Positions 29,204-39,153 of a DNA stretch of 64,000 nt are shown here, in pieces. The stretch covers positions 660 through 64,659 of the forward strand of contig JABIHL010000098.1 of assembly GCA_018649665.1 (NCBI GenBank). Direction: 5' to 3'. Numbering within the stretch: position 1 is the stretch's first letter; every line of letters starts with the position of its first letter. The stretch comes from Chloroflexota bacterium (lineage in GTDB: Bacteria; Chloroflexota; Dehalococcoidia; Lucifugimonadales; Lucifugimonadaceae). The notes below the pieces were generated by a model. The model saw nothing but the letters and a program-made list of their open reading frames with translations. It was not told the DNA's origin and did not search any database. A program made the translations under genes and the position numbers.

Positions 29204-30118
29204 ATGAACAAGCGACACCTGATACTCATTCTCGCCATTCTCCCAGCACTCATCGCCAGCATGGCATGTGGCGATGGCGACCTCGACGCACCCTCCCTTT
29301 CGGCTAAATCCACCGCTCAGGCTCAGTTTGAACTCCAGACGGCAACCGAAACAGCAGTAGCCAAACAAACAAAAAGCGATTCTCCGGTTGTGATCAGCCG
29401 CTCAAGTAGTTCGGCTAGCGAGATCGTTGTTACTGACTCGGCAGCAAAAACTATCGATTCCGCAGCTTCTACACCGCAACCGACTGCAACATCTGTACCG
29501 CAGCCAACCGCAACTTCGGCCCCACAGTCCACGGCAACACCTGTACCCACTGCAACTCCAGAGCCCACTGAGGTTCCAGTAGTCGATCACGGTCCATGGA
29601 ATACCGCACTAGAAGCTATCGAGATTGCATCTAAAACCCAATCTGGAATTATCAGGATTGTCGATGGGCACACTTCAAGTCGTGCCGGGCAAATCGAAGA
29701 AGGTGACGAGGCAAGCGACGTTCCAAGTCCCGGTGCAGGCTACGGCACGTATTGGACAGTGATATCCACTGGAACCGAAAACGGTAGCGATGCGACTTTC
29801 TGCAGCGTGAAAGGCTCCGAAGTTGATTGCTTCGAACAGGACTACGATCCCGGTGCTGGAAATGTTGTCGGTGTGACCATCGACAGTACAAAAGCCTTCG
29901 ACGTCTGGGTAGGCAATGCCGATTGGGACGATCTGATGGGCGATGAGAACCTCAACATCTTGTCTGTTCTGGAACCCGGTAACGGGGAGTTCGATCCTTC
30001 GCACAAATTCTGGACGACGATCGTGAGCGCTAGCAGTCGAACATCGGGGGTTGGTGGAGGCACTTTCTACTGGAATCTAACAACCGGCGAAATGTCGAAC
30101 ACTACTTGGTCGTACTAA
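29204..30118 (+). CDS. Hypothetical lipoprotein with Pro/Thr-rich linker
   Basis: MNKRHLILIL...SMAC lipobox, PTAT repeats, acidic C-terminal domain. Confidence 0.75.
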   Translation: MNKRHLILILAILPALIASMACGDGDLDAPSLSAKSTAQAQFELQTATETAVAKQTKSDSPVVISRSSSSASEIVVTDSAAKTIDSAASTPQPTATSVPQPTATSAPQSTATPVPTATPEPTEVPVVDHGPWNTALEAIEIASKTQSGIIRIVDGHTSSRAGQIEEGDEASDVPSPGAGYGTYWTVISTGTENGSDATFCSVKGSEVDCFEQDYDPGAGNVVGVTIDSTKAFDVWVGNADWDDLMGDENLNILSVLEPGNGEFDPSHKFWTTIVSASSRTSGVGGGTFYWNLTTGEMSNTTWSY

Positions 30119-30139
30119 TCGACGCTCGCCTCACCGTTA

Positions 30140-30571
30140 CTACTCGATGAATTCGAGCCAGTTGCCTTCGGGGTCACGTGCGTAGACGATTCCGTGCCTG
30201 CTTCCATCGTCGTTTATACGAATGATCGGATCGGTCACGAACTCGATTCCCTTTGCCGATAGATCATCGTGCGTCTTCTCGATATCGACTACGTTGAAGC
30301 AGATGTGATTCGTGCCTACTCGAGTCATATCGTCGTCACGCCCAACCGATTCAGGCTCGTGATACTTCACAAGCTCGATTCGGTGACCATCAGCGAATCC
30401 GACGAATACGAGTGTCCGACGTGAACCCGGAATGCCAGTGTGGTTGCCTTCAGGCGGCGCGTTCGAATCACCCCGGCTGTGCTCGGTCAAACCCAGATCA
30501 TTGCAGTAGAAATCGACCATCAGATCGAGATTATTTACGACGATGCCGGTGTGATTGAATCCTGATACCAA
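30140..30571 (-). CDS. VOC/glyoxalase-family protein
   Basis: NHTGIVV, IEL, NHICF, RDPEGNWLEF. Confidence 0.88.
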   Translation of the reverse strand: MVSGFNHTGIVVNNLDLMVDFYCNDLGLTEHSRGDSNAPPEGNHTGIPGSRRTLVFVGFADGHRIELVKYHEPESVGRDDDMTRVGTNHICFNVVDIEKTHDDLSAKGIEFVTDPIIRINDDGSRHGIVYARDPEGNWLEFIE

Positions 30572-30613
30572 TTTCTTTTCCTGTCCGATCTTGAGTACAA
30601 GTTGAACCAGCGT

Positions 30614-31645
30614 TTAGTCGTTTCCACCCGGCAGTACGTCCTTGAATAGACGAAGCAAGTTGCCGCCAGCGATCTTTTCGATCTCGGCTGCTGTGAATCC
30701 AGCGCCCACCAACGGATCCCACAAGTTGGTCAGTTCGCTTGAATCTTCAAGCCCTTTCGCCCAAGTGAGGTCTTCCTGACCCGTATTACGCAAATACGGC
30801 ACATCACGCAACGGATCGCCAAGTAACCAGTCAGGGCCAAGCCCTACGACATCGATTCCGCCTACATCTGCGACATAGCGAATCTGCTTCACAACATCGC
30901 CTATCTCCGCTTGAACGCCGTTTACTCCAAGTACAAGACGTGAGCAGAAATGAACGCCGATAACGCCGCCGTTTTCGGCCATCGCTTTGATCTGGTCGTC
31001 GAACAGGTTTTGTGGCTTATCGGCGATAGATCGTCCACCCGAGTGTGAGTTCAATATCGGCTTCGACGTAGCTTCAAGAGCATCGAGAATAGTTTGGGGC
31101 GCCGAGTGCGAAACGTCGACGATCATGCCCTTTTCGTTCATGTTTTCGATAGTAGTTCGACCGAAATCAGTAAGTCCGGGCTGAGCAGGTTCGTTTTCTT
31201 GATCCTGTGAAGCTCCCAAATTGTTCGGCATCGCCCAATTGAACTGAACGTGCCTTAAACCAAGACCGAACCAAGCATCGAGTAGATCGGGATCGGAACC
31301 GAGTATTTTTCCGCCTTCGTTGCCCGCAATTACTGCCAACTGACCCATATGACCAGCGGTTTCGATGTCACGAAACTCCCTGACAACACGGGTTTTGTTC
31401 TCAGGATCGCTCGCAACGGCGTGCAAGTTAGTTAGCGCGCCGAGACCACGATCCCTAAAGCCTTCATAGCTGTCGTAGGCATGGTCGTACTCTTCTTTAG
31501 TCGGAGCATCGATCCACGAGTCGATCGTTAGGTGAACGATCTTGCCGCTCACTCCACCGTCAAGATCGCGTTGGAAATCTTCAGCACGCTGCATGTGGTC
31601 GTGTGCGAGAAACACCGGAAAGTCGGGCAAAAATTTACTCCTCAA
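30614..31645 (-). CDS. Membrane dipeptidase (M19)-like metallohydrolase
   Basis: GLTDFG, DVSH, NSH, NLFDDQIKA...GGVIG, VGLGPD. Confidence 0.85.
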   Translation of the reverse strand: MRSKFLPDFPVFLAHDHMQRAEDFQRDLDGGVSGKIVHLTIDSWIDAPTKEEYDHAYDSYEGFRDRGLGALTNLHAVASDPENKTRVVREFRDIETAGHMGQLAVIAGNEGGKILGSDPDLLDAWFGLGLRHVQFNWAMPNNLGASQDQENEPAQPGLTDFGRTTIENMNEKGMIVDVSHSAPQTILDALEATSKPILNSHSGGRSIADKPQNLFDDQIKAMAENGGVIGVHFCSRLVLGVNGVQAEIGDVVKQIRYVADVGGIDVVGLGPDWLLGDPLRDVPYLRNTGQEDLTWAKGLEDSSELTNLWDPLVGAGFTAAEIEKIAGGNLLRLFKDVLPGGND

Positions 31646-32666
31646 GATCCAAAAGACTTACAAGACCGTTGTGCCAGTCGTAGCCGTGGGGTCGACGTTC
31701 GGCGTTTATCGCCGGGTTAGACCAGTAGTACAGCACAATCGCACGATTTGGCGAGTTGAACTCTTCCAACGTGTTTCCGAAATAATCGGTGAGCCGACCC
31801 AAGTATTGGCCAGCCTCTACCACATCGCCTTCTTTGATCGCAGGATGCCAAATACCTGAAATTTCAGAGTTGATCTGTGAACGCTTACCCTTCAGCAGCT
31901 TCTGGCGGGGTCGAGCCGAATCTCCTGGCAACATTTTCATAGTTTGCAGGGCGGCAATGTAGCCATCGAAATGAGTCGCTGTGTCTTGCTCGGTCGGCAC
32001 ACCGTTTTTGCCGCATTCGACCCAAATGTTGGCGATCCCAGCGTTCAATAATGCTACGCAGAACGGCGGTATCGACTCTAGGTCGTACCGGGGCTCTACG
32101 TACTCAACATCGAACCCGCGAGCTAGCTCAAGCGATTGGCTGCTCAGCTCGTTTGCACCCCGCATTGGAACGGGAACCCACGACATAAGCGACTGCGCCA
32201 TTTCGCCAGCATGGGAATCGATCAGGTAGTCGGAATCTTTTACGATCTCGAACAGTGTGTCGATCAACATATCGCTGTACGTTCCCTCAGGGCTTCCCGG
32301 CCTGATGAAGTGAACTTCCTTCTGGTCGACCGGGTTTAGCTGCATGTTGCGTTCCATAAACGCCCGAGTCGAGATCACCGGGATCACCAACAAAGTTCCC
32401 ACTAACTCTTCTGATTTCACTTCAGAAATGAGTTTTTGAGCAGCAAGAATCCCAGAATATTCACCAGCGTGCATGCCCGACATCACCGTCATCTGCGGGC
32501 CGGGTCTTGCACCCTGAATACGGGCGACTGGTATCTCGATCGATTCACCAGAAGAGTGCGTGCGGGTGACTATTAGTTCTTCGAGTCCGGGTTCGTTCGA
32601 CCACGACCATGCGAGCTGTTCAATATCGACTGTTCTTGATTCCATTGCTTGAGATTCCGTCATCAT
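31635..32666 (-). CDS. Succinylglutamate desuccinylase/aspartoacylase (M14-like) family protein
   Basis: GMHAGE, IDSH, ECG, C-terminal barrel-sandwich segment. Confidence 0.85.
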   Translation of the reverse strand: MMTESQAMESRTVDIEQLAWSWSNEPGLEELIVTRTHSSGESIEIPVARIQGARPGPQMTVMSGMHAGEYSGILAAQKLISEVKSEELVGTLLVIPVISTRAFMERNMQLNPVDQKEVHFIRPGSPEGTYSDMLIDTLFEIVKDSDYLIDSHAGEMAQSLMSWVPVPMRGANELSSQSLELARGFDVEYVEPRYDLESIPPFCVALLNAGIANIWVECGKNGVPTEQDTATHFDGYIAALQTMKMLPGDSARPRQKLLKGKRSQINSEISGIWHPAIKEGDVVEAGQYLGRLTDYFGNTLEEFNSPNRAIVLYYWSNPAINAERRPHGYDWHNGLVSLLDLEE

Positions 32667-32826
32667 TCACGTGCCATGCTGTGTGCATTGCTAAACTGTC
32701 GCCGCCGCTAGCATATGTCGTTCAACGAACGAACGCATACGTGCGACCTGCAATCGTCGCTGAATTCAGTGTGGGGTCACCCACAGATTCACTCACAGAA
32801 TCAACCGAAAATTACGAGGAACAAAG

Positions 32827-34005
32827 TTGAAGATCAAGTCCGTAAAAGCCGTACGCGTAAAACTGCGTCAGCCTGCTACGAGCACAGCCGCACGACGCGA
32901 CTCGTGGAACAAATCTGCCAAGCGGGCGATGCCGATCAATATGTACTCGGAATTTTCTGGCTTGCCGGGAGGAATGCCCGGAGGCGGGCTCGAATCCGTG
33001 TGGGTACAGGTAACTGCCGAAGACGGAACGTGGGGACTCGGTCAAGCCGCATTCGGCGAACCAGTAGCGGCGTTTGTGAACAATGTAATTGCGCCCGTTC
33101 TTGAAGGTCGTGACTGCTTTGCGATCGAGCACCTGAACGACATGATTCTTCGCATTTCGCAACGATTTGGCACTTCGGGAACAGCTTCTACGGCGATGGG
33201 CGGAGTTGATCTCGCTCTATGGGATTTGAAAGGCAAGATTTACGGCATTCCGGTGTATTCGCTATTAGGCGGGCCAGTTCGGGATTCGATCACTACCTAT
33301 GCCACGGGAGACGATCTCGATTGGTCGCAAGAACTCGGGTTCACCAAGTTCAAGATCACCAATCCTTCGCACTATTCAGAAGGCGATGCAGGGATCAAAG
33401 CAGTTGTAGCGCACGTTGCGCAGGCACGTGAACAAGTTGGTATCGAGCACGATCTGATGATTAATCCGGTGATGTCGTACAACGTCGAGTTCGCACTGCG
33501 GCTACTCGAACAACTTCGACCGTACAACCTACGCTGGTTCGAAGAGCCGTTAGTGCCTACCGACACCACCGGACTCGCCCATCTACGTCGTTCAGCCCCA
33601 TGGGTGGCAATCGCAACAGGCGAGGACCATCACGGTCGTCATGCGTTCTTGGATCTAGTCGAAAAACGAGCGGTAGACATTCTCCAACCCGACTTAACGT
33701 GGGGTGTCGGCATGACCGAGGCAATGAAAGTGCACACCATCGGCGAGATGGCAGGCATGGCGACGATTCCGCACGGCGGAGCGAATAATCCCTTTGGGCA
33801 GCACTTCGCAATGGCAGCAATCGAATCACCGATGGCCGAGTACTGGCTGGGCACCGATCCGGGTGTTCCACTCGAAGAAACCGTCCGCATTCCGGGAACT
33901 GCAGTGCCTGTGAACGGCAAAGTCACCCCTTCTAGCGAACCGGGCTTTGGCATGGAGTTTGAACCTAGTGATATTAGTGACTGGGAAGACGGAGGGTCGA
34001 ACTAG
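32827..34005 (+). CDS. Enolase-superfamily dehydratase, L-rhamnonate-dehydratase-like
   Basis: GVDLALWDLKGK, YATG, WFEEPL, ATGED, QPD, PHGG. Confidence 0.87.
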   Translation: MKIKSVKAVRVKLRQPATSTAARRDSWNKSAKRAMPINMYSEFSGLPGGMPGGGLESVWVQVTAEDGTWGLGQAAFGEPVAAFVNNVIAPVLEGRDCFAIEHLNDMILRISQRFGTSGTASTAMGGVDLALWDLKGKIYGIPVYSLLGGPVRDSITTYATGDDLDWSQELGFTKFKITNPSHYSEGDAGIKAVVAHVAQAREQVGIEHDLMINPVMSYNVEFALRLLEQLRPYNLRWFEEPLVPTDTTGLAHLRRSAPWVAIATGEDHHGRHAFLDLVEKRAVDILQPDLTWGVGMTEAMKVHTIGEMAGMATIPHGGANNPFGQHFAMAAIESPMAEYWLGTDPGVPLEETVRIPGTAVPVNGKVTPSSEPGFGMEFEPSDISDWEDGGSN

Positions 34006-34006
34006 C

Positions 34007-35194
34007 ATGAAAATCAAAAGCGTTCGATGTGTGCAGATCAACAAGCCAGCACCACCGGTTCGACCCAATATCAAACCCGGTTGGAACACCCACTCGATTC
34101 GTTCTCAGCCGATAGCTCGCTACTCCGAGTACACACGTGTCGATGGCAACAAGCCGGGGCAGTCTGGAAAAGCGTGGGTTCAGATCACCGCTGAAGACGG
34201 CACTTTCGGTCTAGGATCGTTCGCTCACGGAGCGATGGGCGCATCGGTGGTCGATTTCTTGATAGCACCCCTTATCGAAGGCAAGGACGCTCTTGCCACT
34301 GAGCTAATTAACGATCAAATCTGGCGAATGAACGAGGGATTCCAAGGCGGAATCGCAACTGCGGCTCAAAGCGGAGTCGATCTCGCACTTTGGGATCTCA
34401 AAGGCAAGCTGTTGGATCGACCCGTTTACGAACTAATCGGAGGGCCTTCTCACGATCACGTCGAGCTTTACGCAACCGGAGACGATATCGAGTGGATGCG
34501 AGAACTCGGATTCGAGCGGTTCAAAATTAGTAATCCGTTCTTTTACGAAGAGGGTTCAGAAGGTCTCGCTAATTTAGAACGTCACGTTGCTAGTCAGAGG
34601 AAAATCGCGGGCGACGACGCTGAATTAACGTTCAATCCAGTGATGTCATACAACGCCGATCTTGCTTTACGAGTAGCCGAACGGCTGCGTCCGTACAACC
34701 TCCGGTGGTTCGAGGAACCTCTGCCGCCATGGGACCTCGAAGGGCACAAAGAACTGAAACGTGCGATGACGTGGACCGCTCTTGCAACCGGCGAGCATCA
34801 TTACGGTCGTAAGCAGTTTCAGCAGCTAATCGCAGCACGCTCTGTCGATATCGTTCAGCCTGATATCGAATGGGCGGGCGGACTTTCGGAAATTCTGAAG
34901 ATTTACACATACGCCGAAGCAGCAGGAATAGAAACGATCACCCATATGGGCGCAAATACGGCGTGGGGCCAGCATTTCGCCTACGCAATGCCAGAAACCA
35001 CACTCGCCGAGTGGTTCATGGATACCGATATTGGACAACCGTTAGCCGACAAACTAATGCCCGGTGTTCCGGCAGCGGTCGATGGCAAAGTAGTTCCTTC
35101 AAACGCACCCGGATTCGGACTCGAAATTCCAGAAGACTGGATCGTTCCGTGGGATTACGCAGGTCAAAAGCGAGCGGTATACGACGCGGGGTAG
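34007..35194 (+). CDS. Enolase-superfamily dehydratase, tandem paralogue of 32827-34005
   Basis: Same motifs (NPVMSYN, RPYNLRWFEEPL); ATG at 34007 follows GGAGG. Confidence 0.87.
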   Translation: MKIKSVRCVQINKPAPPVRPNIKPGWNTHSIRSQPIARYSEYTRVDGNKPGQSGKAWVQITAEDGTFGLGSFAHGAMGASVVDFLIAPLIEGKDALATELINDQIWRMNEGFQGGIATAAQSGVDLALWDLKGKLLDRPVYELIGGPSHDHVELYATGDDIEWMRELGFERFKISNPFFYEEGSEGLANLERHVASQRKIAGDDAELTFNPVMSYNADLALRVAERLRPYNLRWFEEPLPPWDLEGHKELKRAMTWTALATGEHHYGRKQFQQLIAARSVDIVQPDIEWAGGLSEILKIYTYAEAAGIETITHMGANTAWGQHFAYAMPETTLAEWFMDTDIGQPLADKLMPGVPAAVDGKVVPSNAPGFGLEIPEDWIVPWDYAGQKRAVYDAG

Positions 35195-35297
35195 ATTCGA
35201 ACAAATATAAGTGCGCAAGGAAAGATTCGTCCCCTTGCATCATGCCCAAACTGCACTAAACTCCCGGCAGTCCGAAGATCAACAGCCAGCAATAAAT

Positions 35298-35377
35298 CCC
35301 CCTTCCGGATGGAAGGGGTTAGGGGTAGGAGAATTGCGACGCGGAGCCGAGTCATTCGATGACGACCGTGACTAACG
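35298..35377 (+). repeat. Structured element A, copy 2
   Basis: CCCCTTCCGGATGGAAGGGGTTAGGGGTAGGAGAATTGCGACGCGGAGCCGAGTCATTCGATGACGACCGTGACTAACG. Confidence 0.9.
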
Positions 35378-35431
35378 AGATTGTCGATAGCGACCATGTC
35401 GTCAGACGACGCCAGGAGCAAATATAACGCC

Positions 35432-36616
35432 ATGAAAATAACAGCCATAGAAACTTTCGTAGTCGATGCCGGATGGCGACCATGGCAATACGTTGCTGTT
35501 CGCACTGATGAAGGAATTACCGGATACGGCGAAATGTCGGACGGACGTAACCCGTACGGAATCGTTGGGGCAGTAACCGACTTCTTCCCAATTCTCAAAG
35601 GGCAAGATCCACTAGCGGTCGAGAAACGCTACTGGGACATGTACCGACTCGCCCGACAATCGACAGGCGGTATCGCTGCAAAGGCAATCGCCGGAATCGA
35701 ACTAGCGCTGTGGGACATCAAGGGCAAATCGCTCGGCGTTCCGGTGTACTCGCTGTTTGGCGGCCCGACACGACAGAGCCAGCAGGTCTACTGGTCGCAC
35801 TGCGGCAGTTCACGCGTGCGACAATACGAACTTATCGGCGTTCCTCCGATGGATTCGTTCGAGGCAGTCGCTGAGCTCGGTGCGGAAGTACGCGAAAAGG
35901 GATTTAAAGCCCTCAAGACCAACATCAACTACCCGGGAACTCCTGCTCACGGTTACGACGGCGGGTTTGGAACGGGTGCGACCGACCAGAACGTTACGTG
36001 GCAGACTCTCGACCACATCGAAAAGTACATCGGGGCGTTCGAAGACGGCACGAGGGGCGAGGTTCAGATTGCTATCGACCTCAACTTCCACTTCAAGCCA
36101 CTCGCAGCACGCCAGATTTGTCAGGTGATGGAGCAGTTCAACACCATGTGGGTCGAGGTCGATATGTATGAGCCAGAAGGACTCGCCGAGGTGAAGGCTG
36201 GAACAACGGTTCCGATCACTTCTGGCGAAAACCTGTTCGGCATTCGTGAATATCGCCCGTACTTCGACAATCGCTCGATGGACAACGTGATGATCGACGT
36301 GCCTTGGAACGGTTTCGCCCGTTCTCGAGATATAGCCATGCTCGCTGAAAGCTACGAGCTGAACATCGCTCCGCACAACTACTACTCGCACCTTTCGACG
36401 ATGCATTCGCTCAACCTGTGCGCAACCGTGCCGAACGTGCGAATCATGGAAGCTGATATCGACGATGTGCCGTGGAAGGACGAAATCACCGGTGGTGCTC
36501 TCGACTACACCGGCGGTGAACTACAAATCCCAACCAAGCCCGGCTGGGGCGTAGACCTAGACGAAGACGTAGCAAGAGCTCACGTTTGGGAACCGGGGAG
36601 AGGGCCCGGGTTTTAG
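35432..36616 (+). CDS. Mandelate racemase/MLE-family enzyme
   Basis: AGIELALWDIKGK, YWSHCG, KTN, DLN/WVE/GEN, APHNY. Confidence 0.9.
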   Translation: MKITAIETFVVDAGWRPWQYVAVRTDEGITGYGEMSDGRNPYGIVGAVTDFFPILKGQDPLAVEKRYWDMYRLARQSTGGIAAKAIAGIELALWDIKGKSLGVPVYSLFGGPTRQSQQVYWSHCGSSRVRQYELIGVPPMDSFEAVAELGAEVREKGFKALKTNINYPGTPAHGYDGGFGTGATDQNVTWQTLDHIEKYIGAFEDGTRGEVQIAIDLNFHFKPLAARQICQVMEQFNTMWVEVDMYEPEGLAEVKAGTTVPITSGENLFGIREYRPYFDNRSMDNVMIDVPWNGFARSRDIAMLAESYELNIAPHNYYSHLSTMHSLNLCATVPNVRIMEADIDDVPWKDEITGGALDYTGGELQIPTKPGWGVDLDEDVARAHVWEPGRGPGF

Positions 36617-37447
36617 ATGACCATGAACATCATCGACGCACATCCGCACATCTACTCTGACGATCGTGCGAAGTACCCGACCATCGACGATCCGTGGAAT
36701 CCGGGCGAACCGGCTACTGCCGAGGATCTGAAGACGAGAATGGACGAAGCGGGCGTTTCGAAGGCCGTGTTCATTCAGACCAGCACGTTTTACGGTCACG
36801 ACAATCGCTACATTATGGATTCCACCCGCCAGCACTCAGAATGGGCGACCGGTGTCGTAACGCTTAGTCCTGACGATCCTCAACACGTTGAGGTGCTCCA
36901 AGACGCGGTAACGAACTACTCGGTACGCGGACTAAGAGGCACATCCGACCAAAACGGCGAAATCAGTTCGCCCAACGTTAGGCGACTTTGGACGAAAGCC
37001 CGCGATCTTGGAATCACGGTCAATTGCATGGTCATGGACGATCTTGAACGCCTATATGAAATCGAACTCATGGCGCGTCAGCTAGACGACCTGAACATCG
37101 TCATCGATCACTGTTTCATGCTCAACACGATCAGAAAAACAGAAGAAACCCTTCTCGCCCTCGAACGATTATCCAAACTGCCGAACGTCAATGCCAAACT
37201 CACAAGCGGCACGCACGGCTCGGCACGGGTGTTCCCGCACGAAGATATGCATGCGCCTCTCAAGCGTGTAATCGAAGCGTTCACGCCACAACGATGCGTG
37301 TGGGGATCGAACTTCCCGAATGCCCTGTGGTCGAAAGGCACCACATACGCCCAGAATCTGAGCCTGTTCACCGACGAAATAGGACTTTCGCAATCTGATC
37401 AAGAAGCGATTCTAGGCACAACTGCCGAGCGTCTCTGGTTCACGTAA
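36617..37447 (+). CDS. Amidohydrolase_2-family protein (possible sugar-lactone lactonase)
   Basis: IDAHPH, VIDH, WGSNFP; adjacent to a dehydratase gene. Confidence 0.8.
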   Translation: MTMNIIDAHPHIYSDDRAKYPTIDDPWNPGEPATAEDLKTRMDEAGVSKAVFIQTSTFYGHDNRYIMDSTRQHSEWATGVVTLSPDDPQHVEVLQDAVTNYSVRGLRGTSDQNGEISSPNVRRLWTKARDLGITVNCMVMDDLERLYEIELMARQLDDLNIVIDHCFMLNTIRKTEETLLALERLSKLPNVNAKLTSGTHGSARVFPHEDMHAPLKRVIEAFTPQRCVWGSNFPNALWSKGTTYAQNLSLFTDEIGLSQSDQEAILGTTAERLWFT

Positions 37448-37500
37448 GCGCAATCCGGCATTACCACGCGCCAATCGCACCACGTAGAATTTAGTGCCAT

Positions 37501-38856
37501 ATGACCACCACCAAACCGCGCCAGCGCCCACCAATCAAACGCCCTCTTGCTATCCACGTGATGGCAAAGCCGAGTGGCGCTATCTGCAACATCGATTGCA
37601 CATACTGCTTCTATCTCGAAAAAGAGAAGCTGTACCCGGAAAAGGCGCGCGGTTCGTGGAAGATGGGCGATGAAGAGCTTGAGGAATACGTAAAGCAGTA
37701 CATCGAAGCCAACGACATTCCTCTGGTGAACTTCGCCTGGCAGGGCGGCGAGCCGACTCTACTGGGAATCGATTTCTACAAGAAAGCGATCGCACTTCAG
37801 AAGCAGTACGCCGGCAAAAAACAGATCACAAACGCTTTCCAGACGAACGCCATTCTCCTCGACGATGAATGGGGAGAGTTCTTAGCTGAGAATAAGTTCC
37901 TCGTCGGCGTTTCGATCGACGGTCCTGAAGACATCCATAATCGCTATCGAATGACACAGGGCGGCGAGCCAACCTGGCACAAGGTGATGGCTGGCATCGC
38001 AGTGCTGAAGAAGTACAAGGTCGAGTTCAACACTCTGACCGTTCTTCACAAGCACAACGCCGATCACCCGAAAGAGCTGTACGAGTTCCTAACCCGAGAA
38101 GTCGGTAGCCACTTCTTGCAGTTCATTCCGATCGTCGAACGCGTAGCCGACAAGCTTCCCGCCCATTTTTTGCAACTGGTTGGACCCGAGTTCCGAGACG
38201 GAGCGACCGTTACTGAATGGTCGGTAGGATCAGAGCAATACGGCAATTTCCTGAACGGAATTTTCGATCAGTGGGTGCGAAAAGACATCGGTCAGTACTT
38301 CGTTCAGATCTTCGATACAGCGCTTGCCAGTTGGATGGGCCAAAACCCCGGGCTGTGCATCTTCGCCGAGACTTGCGGCGACGCGATGATTATCGAGCAC
38401 AACGGTGACGTGTATTCGTGCGACCACTACGTGTACCCCGAATTTAACCTCGGCAACGTTAAAGAAAAATCGATTCGCGTGATGGCCGAAAGCCCCGAAC
38501 AGCGGAAATTTGGTACCGATAAGCGAGATACGCTTCCCGAATTCTGCCGATCTTGCGAATTCAAATTCGCCTGTAACGGCGGCTGCCCGAAGCAGCGGTT
38601 TACCAAAACGCCCGATGGCGAAGATGGTCTGAACTATCTTTGCGCCGGATACAAAAAATACTTCGCTCACACCGAGCCTTACATGAAGGCGATGGTCGGT
38701 GAACTACGAAGCGGACGACCTGCTGCCAACATCATGGCGAAAGCGGGAGCTATTCCCGCGATGTCGTCCGACCCCTACGCCGGAGTCGGCCGCAACGACA
38801 ACTGCCCCTGCGACTCAGGCAAGAAGTTCAAAAAGTGCCACGGGGCTGCGAAGTAG
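37501..38856 (+). CDS. Anaerobic sulfatase maturase (radical SAM/SPASM) with C-terminal SEC-C motif
   Basis: CNIDCTYCFY, WQGGEPTL, YSCDHYV, CRSC..ACNGGCPK, GRNDNCPCDSGKKFKKCH. Confidence 0.92.
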   Translation: MTTTKPRQRPPIKRPLAIHVMAKPSGAICNIDCTYCFYLEKEKLYPEKARGSWKMGDEELEEYVKQYIEANDIPLVNFAWQGGEPTLLGIDFYKKAIALQKQYAGKKQITNAFQTNAILLDDEWGEFLAENKFLVGVSIDGPEDIHNRYRMTQGGEPTWHKVMAGIAVLKKYKVEFNTLTVLHKHNADHPKELYEFLTREVGSHFLQFIPIVERVADKLPAHFLQLVGPEFRDGATVTEWSVGSEQYGNFLNGIFDQWVRKDIGQYFVQIFDTALASWMGQNPGLCIFAETCGDAMIIEHNGDVYSCDHYVYPEFNLGNVKEKSIRVMAESPEQRKFGTDKRDTLPEFCRSCEFKFACNGGCPKQRFTKTPDGEDGLNYLCAGYKKYFAHTEPYMKAMVGELRSGRPAANIMAKAGAIPAMSSDPYAGVGRNDNCPCDSGKKFKKCHGAAK

Positions 38857-38865
38857 CCGCCAGTT

Positions 38866-39008
38866 CCTCGTCCCGACCCTGCCGGAGGGACCTCGCGCAC
38901 TTTCGACTCTAACAAAGACCAACCGAACCAATCGTTGGCTGTTGTATGTTGAACCAGCCCATCCGACTCAGATCCCTCCGCTCCGCTATCGCTGCGGTCG
39001 GGACGAGG
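38866..39008. repeat. REPIN-like inverted-repeat element, family B copy 1
   Basis: CCTCGTCCCGACC...GGAGGGACCT / AGATCCCTCC...GGTCGGGACGAGG with ~75-nt spacer. Confidence 0.85.
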
Positions 39009-39153
39009 GTGAGTTGATCGCCGACGGTCAGTATCGTTCGCAAAAATACGAACTCCATAACCCCCTCCCCCCAAACCCGCCTCGCGGGTTAGAATTCCAC
39101 GGGTTAATTCAACGTGCCCGTCTATTACTCATTCTTTATGGGGAGCAACTCCA

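Noticed and set aside
29460-29580. Tandem repeats in the lipoprotein gene
   Set aside because: Degenerate codons of an ordinary PTAT low-complexity linker.
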